From a virus: a stretch of DNA of 61,595 nt. Where the stretch lies: positions 1 to 61,595 of IMG/VR virus record IMGVR_UViG_3300049749_000001, one strand, 5' to 3'. Shown here in pieces: positions 32,792 through 40,593 of this stretch (the first letter of the stretch is position 1; every line of letters starts with the position of its first letter). Below the pieces are notes generated by a model, which saw only the letters and a program-made list of their open reading frames with translations, was not told the DNA's origin and ran no database searches. Made by a program: the position numbers and the translations under genes.

Positions 32792-33306
32792 TTTTTGAGG
32801 ATCCTGAACAGGCTTTGAAGTGGGCGTATTCCACGACGGAGCGCCCCATCATCAAAATGTCCAGCGTGAACAAGATGCGCGGGGCTGAGAACACGCGCCC
32901 GGGGGATGCCTTGACCCCTTACGATTTCATTGCAGAAGCCGCGATGATCAAGTCGCTGTGTGCACGGGTACTGCCTGGGTTGCACATGGCCTATGTCAAG
33001 GTCCGGTATGGCCGGGATGCGGACGGCCTGGACCCGCTACGGCGCTACCTTGCTGCAACCTTTGAGACCGGGATATATAGCAATCGCTGTATTGACCTCA
33101 TAATCAGGGACTATTGCGGGGACAAAATCACGCTGCGGGAAATGAAACGCGTGGGCAAATGCGGACTGCTGAAAGTAATGGCGCTGCGCACGCGCAGTTA
33201 CGACAACCTCGATGCGATACACAAGAGAACAATCGAGACTTTGTGGGAAGAAATGGGAGCGGTGCGGAAGTTCAGGGCGGCGTTTAACCGCCCTGAGTGT
33301 GGCTAG
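32788..33306 (+). CDS. Hypothetical protein (172 aa); candidate late-gene regulator by position only
   Basis: It is the last gene of the early rightward operon, directly before the late promoter/terminator region. No Q-type zinc finger was recognised. Confidence 0.5.
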   Translation: MIFEDPEQALKWAYSTTERPIIKMSSVNKMRGAENTRPGDALTPYDFIAEAAMIKSLCARVLPGLHMAYVKVRYGRDADGLDPLRRYLAATFETGIYSNRCIDLIIRDYCGDKITLREMKRVGKCGLLKVMALRTRSYDNLDAIHKRTIETLWEEMGAVRKFRAAFNRPECG

Positions 33307-33491
33307 GTGCGCGGTGCGCGTTCAGCGATGATGCGGGAGAGAAGATCGAGCGTTACAGGCTGCATGTTGCGGGCGCCGGCCTCCCAATTGCGAACGGTCC
33401 GCTCCGTGGTATGGAGTACCTGGGCGAATTGCCCCTGAGTCATTCCAAGGGCTTTGCGTGCTGCGCGGATTTCGGCGGGCGTCATGGTCAA
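33303..33491 (-). CDS. XRE-family HTH regulator (62 aa; Aca-like or antitoxin-like)
   Basis: IRAARKALGMTQGQFAQVLHTTERTVRNWEAGARNMQPVTLDLL is a classic XRE HTH. Confidence 0.8.
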   Translation of the reverse strand: MTMTPAEIRAARKALGMTQGQFAQVLHTTERTVRNWEAGARNMQPVTLDLLSRIIAERAPRT

Positions 33492-33751
33492 TCGAGGTAT
33501 GAAACATCATAACCGGCGTCGCGCAGGGCGTCGGCAACCTGCTTCGGCAACTCAAACACGCCGTCGTAGTCGCAGAGCGCCAGCTTGCGATAGCCGCTCA
33601 AGGAAGGAAGAACCTCAAACCAAAGCCCTCCGGCACATTCCTCTTCATCGTTGCGGCCGCAATCCTCGAAATAGCCGTATAGCGCGGTTTCGTCGATTTG
33701 CACATCGAAATCGTCCGTCTTGAGTTTCGTCGTGAAGTTGTATTTACCCAT
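33488..33751 (-). CDS. Small acidic hypothetical protein (87 aa)
   Basis: D/E-rich (DDFDVQIDETALYGYFEDCGRNDEEECAGG). It has a 4-nt overlap with the downstream HTH gene. Confidence 0.6.
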   Translation of the reverse strand: MGKYNFTTKLKTDDFDVQIDETALYGYFEDCGRNDEEECAGGLWFEVLPSLSGYRKLALCDYDGVFELPKQVADALRDAGYDVSYLD

Positions 33752-33769
33752 TCTTATTCTCCTGGGTTG

Positions 33770-33982
33770 TTATTTATATTGGTTGTCGTTGTTCGTCCGT
33801 ACCACTGTTGCATTGGGAGGGATCAGGTAAGAAGATCGTCCAACGAACAGGGCAAAGCGACGAGGGGATAGCTGAGTAACCGTCCACGTTGTATCGCTGC
33901 CGAGCTCCACGGCCATGCTTAGAGTTTGTTTTTTGTTGCCAATGAATGAGGCGGTTTCGGTGTAATCAAATTCTGATTTCAT
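33770..33982 (-). CDS. Small hypothetical protein (70 aa)
   Basis: First gene of the opposite-strand island. AGGAG RBS. Confidence 0.55.
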   Translation of the reverse strand: MKSEFDYTETASFIGNKKQTLSMAVELGSDTTWTVTQLSPRRFALFVGRSSYLIPPNATVVRTNNDNQYK

Positions 33983-34035
33983 GCCGTGCTCCTGGGTTTT
34001 TATGATTTTTCATAGCTGGCGGGATTGCCAACCTT

Positions 34036-34064
34036 CACGATACAGGAACAATGTTCCGCTTTCA
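34036..34064 (-). promoter_or_regulatory. Promoter of the minus-strand island with a palindromic operator in its spacer
   Basis: The minus strand reads TTGAAA-N17-TATCGT. The spacer holds the perfect 13-bp palindrome GGAACAATGTTCC (34044-56). Confidence 0.55.
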
Positions 34065-34090
34065 AGCGTAAATCAGATAGTTATTTGCGG

Positions 34091-34120
34091 TTTGCGTTCC
34101 CCAGGGACAACTTGATACAC
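34091..34120 (+). promoter_or_regulatory. Candidate late promoter
   Basis: TTGCGT (34091-96), an 18-nt spacer, and TACACT (34115-20). The match is weak and the call rests mainly on position upstream of the leader terminator. Confidence 0.25.
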
Positions 34121-34187
34121 TTTTTTCCTAGTGTCGCCTCTCCTGGCCGACATTCAGGTGGCCTCTCACGCCGCCTGATACTTAAAG

Positions 34188-34217
34188 CCCACCCCTCAAA
34201 GCGGTGGGTTTTTTTTT
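34188..34217 (+). terminator. Strong intrinsic terminator in the leader of the late operon
   Basis: CCCACC, a 9-nt loop, GGTGGG, then nine T residues. No plus-strand gene precedes it. Confidence 0.8.
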
Positions 34218-34255
34218 GGGGAAACGATGGGTACAGGAAACGGAAGGAGGTACTG

Positions 34256-34642
34256 ATGATTAGTCCGGCAATAGCTGCAATCGCAATCGCGGCGCTGGCC
34301 AGCCTCGCCTTTGCGGGCGGGTTTGCAGTCAGCGATTGGCGGTCAAGCGGGGAGATGGCGCGGCTCAACTTGGACAATAAGGTGCTCAGTGCATCGAACA
34401 CGCAATGCGCAACCGATATTACGAGCGTGCGGAAACGGGTTGAGGAAGTCGTGAACGAATCGGAACTGCTCAAGAGGTCCGGGGTTCAGGCAATGGAAAC
34501 CGCACAACCCCAGGCTACGAAACATACCCTCGCCGCTATCACCATCAAGGCGGCGCCCATTGTCGCCGAGGACATGCAGTGCGAAGCAATCGCGCGGGAA
34601 CAGATCGAGTACGTGAACTGGCGGAGGGCTAATGGCAGTTGA
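34256..34642 (+). CDS. i-spanin-like protein (N-terminal TM plus coiled coil, 128 aa)
   Basis: MISPAIAAIAIAALASLAFAGGFAV followed by a charged helical domain. GGAAGGAGG RBS. The ORF-track start at 34025 was rejected. Confidence 0.55.
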   Translation: MISPAIAAIAIAALASLAFAGGFAVSDWRSSGEMARLNLDNKVLSASNTQCATDITSVRKRVEEVVNESELLKRSGVQAMETAQPQATKHTLAAITIKAAPIVAEDMQCEAIAREQIEYVNWRRANGS

Positions 34643-34899
34643 GCTCGTGGTGCTGCTGGAAGAGGGCGCAACGGAAGAGCAGGTAAGGACGCTGGCCAAC
34701 ATCATAACGATGGCTCCTGTGACCGTGGGTGTATGGCGGCATGAAGTCCCAGGCGGACAGGAATGCCACATTACGCATGACTCGTCAGACCGGACTCAAT
34801 GAAGCGGTGGATCCAGAAGCATCCGGCTGTGAGTTTCTGGCTGATTATCGCTGTAAGTGCGCTGGCGGGTGTGCTGGATGCCAACTTGCGGGCGATGCA

Positions 34900-35190
34900 A
34901 TGAGTAACGGGGGCTGGCTAGTCCTTCTCATCCTGCTTTTCTTGCTCGTGAATTTGGGCGGATGCGCAAGTGATCCAATCATTCAGACACAGGTTATAGA
35001 CCGTCCCGTGGCGGTCCCCTGCAAGGTAGAGACGCCCGCGGAATGCAAGACAGCCTATTCGGTAGACCGGGTATCTCCAAAGGATGACGCACTGACAATC
35101 AACCGGGCTTTGCGAGCGGAGATAGAGGAACGGACCGCGTGCGAAATCAAGCTGCGAGCGGCGATGAAAGGATGCAACAGGGAAAGGTGA
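34900..35190 (+). CDS. Lipoprotein, o-spanin-like (96 aa; start uncertain, ORF open from 34729)
   Basis: Signal and lipobox in WLVLLILLFLLVNLGGC/ASDP. Pro- and Cys-containing mature part with a C-terminal ...ACEIKLRAAMKGC. Confidence 0.5.
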   Translation: MSNGGWLVLLILLFLLVNLGGCASDPIIQTQVIDRPVAVPCKVETPAECKTAYSVDRVSPKDDALTINRALRAEIEERTACEIKLRAAMKGCNRER

Positions 35191-35194
35191 AGTA

Positions 35195-35842
35195 ATGGCA
35201 CGGCAAAAGAAAGACGTGGATTGGGTCAAGCTGGAACAGGATTACGGCGCAGGTGTGAAGTCAATGCGCATCCTGGAGAGCGAGTACGGCATTTCCAAGG
35301 CACGCATCGGGCAGGTTGCGGAAGAGAACGGCTGGACCCGCGACAGGTCCGCGAGGGTCAAGGCACGCACCCAGGCCAAACTAGACAGATCGTTACTGGA
35401 CACCAAACTGGACACCGAAAAGCATGTTTCGGAAATGGTGCTTATCGAGGCTGCTGCGGAGAACCAGAAGGATGTGATTCTGGCGCACAGGCAAGTGATA
35501 AACCGCGTGCGATCGGTGGCACTGGCGCTGCTGGATCGGTTATCCGCTTTGAACGTATACGAGTTCGATCATGAAGAGTTGGGCGAACTGCTGCGCAACC
35601 CGGACGAGAAAAACAGGGACCGGCTGAACGATATCTACCGGCGCGTGATTGAGTTGCCTGAACAAGTGGACGCAATCAAGAAGCTGGCCGAGACAATCAA
35701 GCTCCTTATCAGCCTGGAACGCGAAGCATTCGGTATCGAGGGCAAGGGCGCAGTCGATGACATTACCGATGCGGCGACCAATATCACGGTTTCGTTCATC
35801 ACGGCTCAACCACGGCCATTAATCCACCAACAGACTCACTAG
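35195..35842 (+). CDS. terS: Terminase small subunit
   Basis: N-terminal HTH-like KSMRILESEYGISKARIGQVAEENGWTRD. It lies upstream of terL. Confidence 0.65.
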   Translation: MARQKKDVDWVKLEQDYGAGVKSMRILESEYGISKARIGQVAEENGWTRDRSARVKARTQAKLDRSLLDTKLDTEKHVSEMVLIEAAAENQKDVILAHRQVINRVRSVALALLDRLSALNVYEFDHEELGELLRNPDEKNRDRLNDIYRRVIELPEQVDAIKKLAETIKLLISLEREAFGIEGKGAVDDITDAATNITVSFITAQPRPLIHQQTH

Positions 35843-35885
35843 GAAGCCCCACAAGCGATTTAAAGCAGGTGGCGCAGGGGAATGT

Positions 35886-36095
35886 ATGGACAACAAGCAA
35901 AAATCGAAGGGGTGCGAGGGTCCGGGCACGGAAAAGACGTCGCATTCAGCCCTGGCGTGCAAGAAATGCAAGTCTGAGACCTTTGCCATCTTTTGCTTCC
36001 CCGGCGCTTTCCCTCTGCTGCAGTGCGCCCAATGCAAGGCGGACATTAGCCGCGTGAGTTGGGTGCCGCACAACTGGAAAGAAACCGGGCTTTGA
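35886..36095 (+). CDS. Small zinc-ribbon-like protein (69 aa) between terS and terL
   Basis: CKKCKS...(25 aa)...CAQCKA forms two CxxC pairs. The stop abuts the terL start. Confidence 0.45.
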   Translation: MDNKQKSKGCEGPGTEKTSHSALACKKCKSETFAIFCFPGAFPLLQCAQCKADISRVSWVPHNWKETGL

Positions 36096-36096
36096 C

Positions 36097-37350
36097 TTGG
36101 CCAACGTAAACGCGCAATTCCCCGAGCCTTTGCAATTCCTGTTTCAACCGATGCGCTACAAGGTGCTCTACGGAGGGCGGGGCGGCTCGAAATCCTGGGG
36201 AGTGGCACGGGCACTGCTGACGCTGGCGGCAAAGAAGCCGTTGCGGATACTGTGCGCACGGGAGTTCCAGAACTCCATCAATGAGTCTGTGCATCACCTG
36301 CTGCAATCGCAGATCGAGGCGCTGAACCTGAATTCGTTCTACGACATTCAGAACCAGAGCGTCAAGGGCAGGAACGGGAGCGAATTCATCTTCGCCGGCT
36401 TGCGCAACAACGTGTCGCGCATCAAGTCGTTCGAGGGCGTGGACATTGTGTGGGTGGAAGAGGCGCAGAGCGTATCGAAAACCTCCTGGGACACGCTCAT
36501 ACCTACGATACGGAAGGACGGCGCGGAAATCTGGCTGACGTTCAACCCTGAACTGCCGACTGATGAGACTTACAAGCGGTTCGTGGTGGATCCGCCATCC
36601 GATGCAATCGTGCGCAAAGTGAATTGGTCGGATAACCCGTGGTTCAACGAGACGCTTGAGCGTGAACGGGTGGCATTGCTCGCACGCGACCCCGACGCCT
36701 ATCAAAACGTATGGGAAGGGCACTGCCGGGTAACGCTTGAGGGCGCCATTTACGCCCGCGAATTGCGAACGGCGCAGGAAGAGGGGCGGATTCGCTCGGT
36801 CCCCTACGATTCAGTCAAGCCGGTACACACGTTCTTTGACCTGGGTTGGGCGGACAACACGAGTATATGGTTCGCGCAGAACGTGAACCGGGAACTGAGA
36901 CTCATCGACTACTACACGAATAACCAGATGCCCATACAACATTACATTTCCGTCCTGCAAAACAAGGGGTATGTCTATGGTACCGACTGGTTGCCGCACG
37001 ACGCCAAGGCTAAAACAATCGCTACGGGCCGTTCAGTCGAGGAAATCATGGTTTCACTTGGCCGAAAGGTCCAGATCGTCCCAAGCCTCTCAGTATCAGA
37101 TGGAATCAACGCCGCGCGGACGGTATTCAATCGCTGCTACTTCGATGAGCGGAAGTGCGAGGACGGAATACAAAGCCTCCGGCACTATCGCTACGAGGTA
37201 GACGCGGATACCGGCGAGTTCGACCGCAAGCCGTTGCACGACTTCCACAGCCACGCAGCCGATGCGTTCAGGTATTTTGCCGTGGCCATCGAGGAGGACA
37301 GGCCGAGTGCCGACGTACGTGGACTGAAGATGGTGGGGTGGCGGGCATGA
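36097..37350 (+). CDS. terL: Terminase large subunit (PBSX-type)
   Basis: Walker A in YKVLYGGRGGSKSWGVARALL. FAGLRNN..VDIVWVEEAQ is a Walker B-like block. C-terminal nuclease-like HDFHSHAADAFRY. Confidence 0.9.
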   Translation: MANVNAQFPEPLQFLFQPMRYKVLYGGRGGSKSWGVARALLTLAAKKPLRILCAREFQNSINESVHHLLQSQIEALNLNSFYDIQNQSVKGRNGSEFIFAGLRNNVSRIKSFEGVDIVWVEEAQSVSKTSWDTLIPTIRKDGAEIWLTFNPELPTDETYKRFVVDPPSDAIVRKVNWSDNPWFNETLERERVALLARDPDAYQNVWEGHCRVTLEGAIYARELRTAQEEGRIRSVPYDSVKPVHTFFDLGWADNTSIWFAQNVNRELRLIDYYTNNQMPIQHYISVLQNKGYVYGTDWLPHDAKAKTIATGRSVEEIMVSLGRKVQIVPSLSVSDGINAARTVFNRCYFDERKCEDGIQSLRHYRYEVDADTGEFDRKPLHDFHSHAADAFRYFAVAIEEDRPSADVRGLKMVGWRA

Positions 37351-39446
37351 ATGAAGTCGAACCCGGGCACGAACTGGCAACAACGGACGCCCAGCCTGAA
37401 ATCAGGATAACGAAAGGGCTGACGGTCGAGGCTTACGACAAGATTTGCCGGGATATCCGCGAGCAACCGAAATGGCGCCTCGATTCCGATACTGATTGCG
37501 ACTACTACGACGGTGCGCAAACGTCCCGTGAAGTGAACCAACGGCTCAAGAAGGCAGGAATGCCCTCGCAGGATAGCAATCTCATCAAGCCTACGATCAA
37601 CGCGGTCCTGGGGATGGAAGCAAAAAGCCGCACGGACTACAAAGTAACCTCGGATGACGAATCCCAGGCGGACATTGCCGAGGGGTTGAGCGCGAAGATC
37701 AAGGAAGTGGAGACCGAATCGAGGGCGGACCGGGCAATGTCCGACGCCTATAGCAGCATGATTCGCTCCGGGATTGGCTGGATCGAGATATCGCGCGAGT
37801 TTAACCCCCTGCAGTACCCGTACCGAGTGCGCGAAGTGCACCGCAACGATATCTTCTGGGATTGGACCGCACGCGAACCGGATTTATCGGATGCACGCTA
37901 CCTGCGCCGGGATAAATGGGTGGACCGCCAACAAGCGATGGCGATGTTCCCCGAAAAGATTGCATTGATGGAGAACACCTGGGGCGGCTGGAATCAGCTT
38001 GACGTCTACCAGGGCGCCGATACCGGCATGGTGCGGGCGTACGAGGACGATCAGAATTGGGATAAGCAGAATGATGACTTCCTGAACCGCAAGGCGGACA
38101 TGATGCGGCTCTCGGAGCTCTGGTACCGGCACTATGAAGAAGCCTATGTGCTGCTTTTGCCGGATGGGCAGGCAATCGAGTACATCGACCAGAACCCCTA
38201 CCATCAACAGGCGGTGGGGCAAGGGCTGGTAGAGGTACAGAGGGCGCTATTGCCGAGGATGCGTGTCTCGATATGGCTAGGACCGCACAGCCTGATGGAC
38301 GTCAAGAGCCCGTTGCCGCATGACGGCTTCCCCTACATACCCTTTTGGTGCTTCCGCAAGGATAGAAGCAGGGCGCCGTATGGGTTGATACGCGACATGC
38401 GCGGTCCCCAGGATCAAATCATCGACCTCGATATCCTTCTCTACGAAGTGATGAACTCGAAACAGGTGGAGATAGACAACGACGCGCTGGACCTGGAAGC
38501 CAATACCTACCGGGAAGTGATGGAGAACATGAGCAGCGTGCGCAACTTCACGGTGCTGAATGCAAACCGGCGCAACGGGCAGAGCGGATTCAAGGTGACG
38601 CGGGAGCACCAGCTTGCGAGCCAAGTATTCCAGCTAGTCGCAGAGCGCAAGGAGCGCATCGAGGCGGTTTCAGGCGTCTACCGCGCGATGTTGGGGGCAC
38701 ATACCCAGGCTGATAGCGGAGTCGCCATCAACAGTCTCGTTGAGCAGGGTTCAACCGTCCTGGCCGAACCGAACGACAATTTCAGGTATGCACGCCGGCT
38801 GGTTGGCCAGCAGCTTCTAAAGTTCATCGTTAACGACATGATCGGCCGGCCGGCACAAGTGGCGGTACAGCAGGGCGCCAAGAAGAAGGTGGTCCAGTTC
38901 AACCGCCAAGTAATGACGGAACAGGGACCGATGATGGAGAACGACGTTGCCGCGGCGCAAGTGAAGGTAGTGCTGGAGGATATCCCCTCTACGCCCACAT
39001 TCCGGGCACAGCAACTCGGCGCATTCGCGGAAATGGTCAAGGCGGCACCGCCTGAATACCAGCAAATCATGTACCCCGCGATGCTCGAGCTCTCGGACAT
39101 ACCAAACCGGCACGAGCTCGCAGACCAGATGCGGCAATCAACGGGAATGGGCGGACCGAACCCGCAAGTCATGCAGTTGCAGCAACAGATGCAGGAAATG
39201 CAGCAACAGGGGGATGCCGCCATAGGCCAATTGCAGGAAGAGCTTGCCCAGGCCAAGCAGCAATTGGGCGACAGATCGCGCGAAAACGACCTGAAGGAAA
39301 TGGCGCTTGAGATACAGGCAGAGAAGAACGACACGGACGCACGCCTGAAAGCCGAGGAATTGCAGCAGCATGAAGTGCTCGCCGCCTTATCGCGCAGGGA
39401 AAGCGCGAACCGGCCACAACCCCAGGTGAGGCAAGCAAAAGGATAG
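37347..39446 (+). CDS. Portal protein (699 aa)
   Basis: Its size and its position directly after terL (ATGA overlap) support the call. The C-terminal tail is Q-rich and coiled-coil. The ORF-track start at 37155 was rejected. Confidence 0.8.
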   Translation: MNEVEPGHELATTDAQPEIRITKGLTVEAYDKICRDIREQPKWRLDSDTDCDYYDGAQTSREVNQRLKKAGMPSQDSNLIKPTINAVLGMEAKSRTDYKVTSDDESQADIAEGLSAKIKEVETESRADRAMSDAYSSMIRSGIGWIEISREFNPLQYPYRVREVHRNDIFWDWTAREPDLSDARYLRRDKWVDRQQAMAMFPEKIALMENTWGGWNQLDVYQGADTGMVRAYEDDQNWDKQNDDFLNRKADMMRLSELWYRHYEEAYVLLLPDGQAIEYIDQNPYHQQAVGQGLVEVQRALLPRMRVSIWLGPHSLMDVKSPLPHDGFPYIPFWCFRKDRSRAPYGLIRDMRGPQDQIIDLDILLYEVMNSKQVEIDNDALDLEANTYREVMENMSSVRNFTVLNANRRNGQSGFKVTREHQLASQVFQLVAERKERIEAVSGVYRAMLGAHTQADSGVAINSLVEQGSTVLAEPNDNFRYARRLVGQQLLKFIVNDMIGRPAQVAVQQGAKKKVVQFNRQVMTEQGPMMENDVAAAQVKVVLEDIPSTPTFRAQQLGAFAEMVKAAPPEYQQIMYPAMLELSDIPNRHELADQMRQSTGMGGPNPQVMQLQQQMQEMQQQGDAAIGQLQEELAQAKQQLGDRSRENDLKEMALEIQAEKNDTDARLKAEELQQHEVLAALSRRESANRPQPQVRQAKG

Positions 39447-39469
39447 GAAAGGAATATCAAAACGATATG

Positions 39470-39492
39470 AAGCCGCTATGCGGCTTTTTTTT
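39470..39492 (+). terminator. Intrinsic terminator after the portal gene
   Basis: AAGCCGC-TAT-GCGGCTT followed by a T run (eight T in total). Confidence 0.8.
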
Positions 39493-39586
39493 CGTCCAGA
39501 AATCGTCCGTCCGCTACGACCGTGACGGAGCCGGACCCGTAACCGGCCTCGAATTTGAACTGTACGGAGATTCCGTACGGTTGAAA

Positions 39587-39654
39587 ACGCGCTAACGGCG
39601 ATACCGCAGAACTTTGTAACCACTGCCCCAGGGCACGCGCTAACGGCGATACCG
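39587..39654 (+). repeat. Two perfect 20-bp direct repeats ACGCGCTAACGGCGATACCG
   Basis: Copies at 39587-39606 and 39635-39654, just upstream of the scaffold RBS. The perfect hairpin GTACGGA-GAT-TCCGTAC lies at 39562-78. Confidence 0.9.
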
Positions 39655-39668
39655 AAGTGGAGGAAGAA

Positions 39669-40580
39669 ATGGAGATAGATCAGCTTACGGACGAGCAAAT
39701 CGCAAACCTGACGCCTGAACAGATCACTGAACTGGAGAACAACCCGGAGAAAGTGGCCGAAATCGTGGCGCAACAGGACGTATCAGGAAAGGCTACCGGC
39801 AAATCCAAACAGGAAGAGCAAGACGGCGCGGCTAACGGCGCGGATGACGAGGAAGAGCCAGTCGTTTTAACCAAAAACGGCAAAGGGGTTATCCCTTACG
39901 CGAATCACAAAGGACTGAGGATCGAGAACGCGACGCTGAAAGAGCAACTACAGGCCATGCAGCAACGCCTGGACGAGCTTTCCAGGCAGAAGGAGCAAGG
40001 CCGGGGTACCCAGGACGCAACCGCCGAAGTAGCGAGCATCGAGCAGCAAATGGCGACGCTGAAAGAGGACATGCCCGACCTTCACACGATTATCAGTTCG
40101 CTTGGCCAATCAGTTGAAGAGTTGAAGCGGGACAAGCAGGAAGCAACCCGCCGAAGCGAATTGACCGTAGCCGAGCAGGTGCAGGAAGCCAAGGATAACA
40201 ACCCGGATCTGGTGCATTGGGAAAACAACGACCCGGAAGCATGGGATGAGGCTTTGAAGCAGGACGAGATTCTACGCACCAACGCCAAGTGGGCGCAAAA
40301 AACCTATGAGGAGCGGTTCGTGGAGGTAGTTCGTCGCGTCAAGGCGGTAAACCAGTCTGTCTCGAAACCAAACACGCCGGAATCAGTGAAGGCCACCGCC
40401 AAGGCAAGGCTGGAACAGGCGCCGGCACGCAGACCGACAACCCTCTCGGATATCCATGGCGGCGAGATCCCCAAGTCAGAGCGCGAACGCGCCGAGAACA
40501 TGAGCACGCTGGAGCTTACCCAACATTTGATGAAAGCACCGGCGCATGTGGGCGTCGCCATGAGAGCCGACCTTGACTAG
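39669..40580 (+). CDS. Scaffolding protein
   Basis: Acidic, coiled-coil-rich 303-aa product between the portal and major capsid genes. Start ATG 39669 follows GGAGGAAG. Confidence 0.7.
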   Translation: MEIDQLTDEQIANLTPEQITELENNPEKVAEIVAQQDVSGKATGKSKQEEQDGAANGADDEEEPVVLTKNGKGVIPYANHKGLRIENATLKEQLQAMQQRLDELSRQKEQGRGTQDATAEVASIEQQMATLKEDMPDLHTIISSLGQSVEELKRDKQEATRRSELTVAEQVQEAKDNNPDLVHWENNDPEAWDEALKQDEILRTNAKWAQKTYEERFVEVVRRVKAVNQSVSKPNTPESVKATAKARLEQAPARRPTTLSDIHGGEIPKSERERAENMSTLELTQHLMKAPAHVGVAMRADLD

Positions 40581-40593
40581 ATAAGGTAAGAAA

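Noticed and set aside
34632-34802. A 56-aa ORF between the spanin-like genes as a definite gene
   Set aside because: It is short, has no clear RBS beyond the overlap with the upstream stop region, and overlaps the alternative upstream extension of the lipoprotein ORF. It is mentioned only as unresolved.
37155-37346. Upstream extensions of the ORF-track calls for the portal gene (37155), the tail protein (48590), the beta-helix protein (50917), the GNAT (53497), the i-spanin-like gene (34025) and 31820
   Set aside because: These extensions overlap the preceding well-supported genes or the repeat region. In each case an internal start either overlaps the upstream stop (ATGA/GTGA) or has a clear Shine-Dalgarno sequence.
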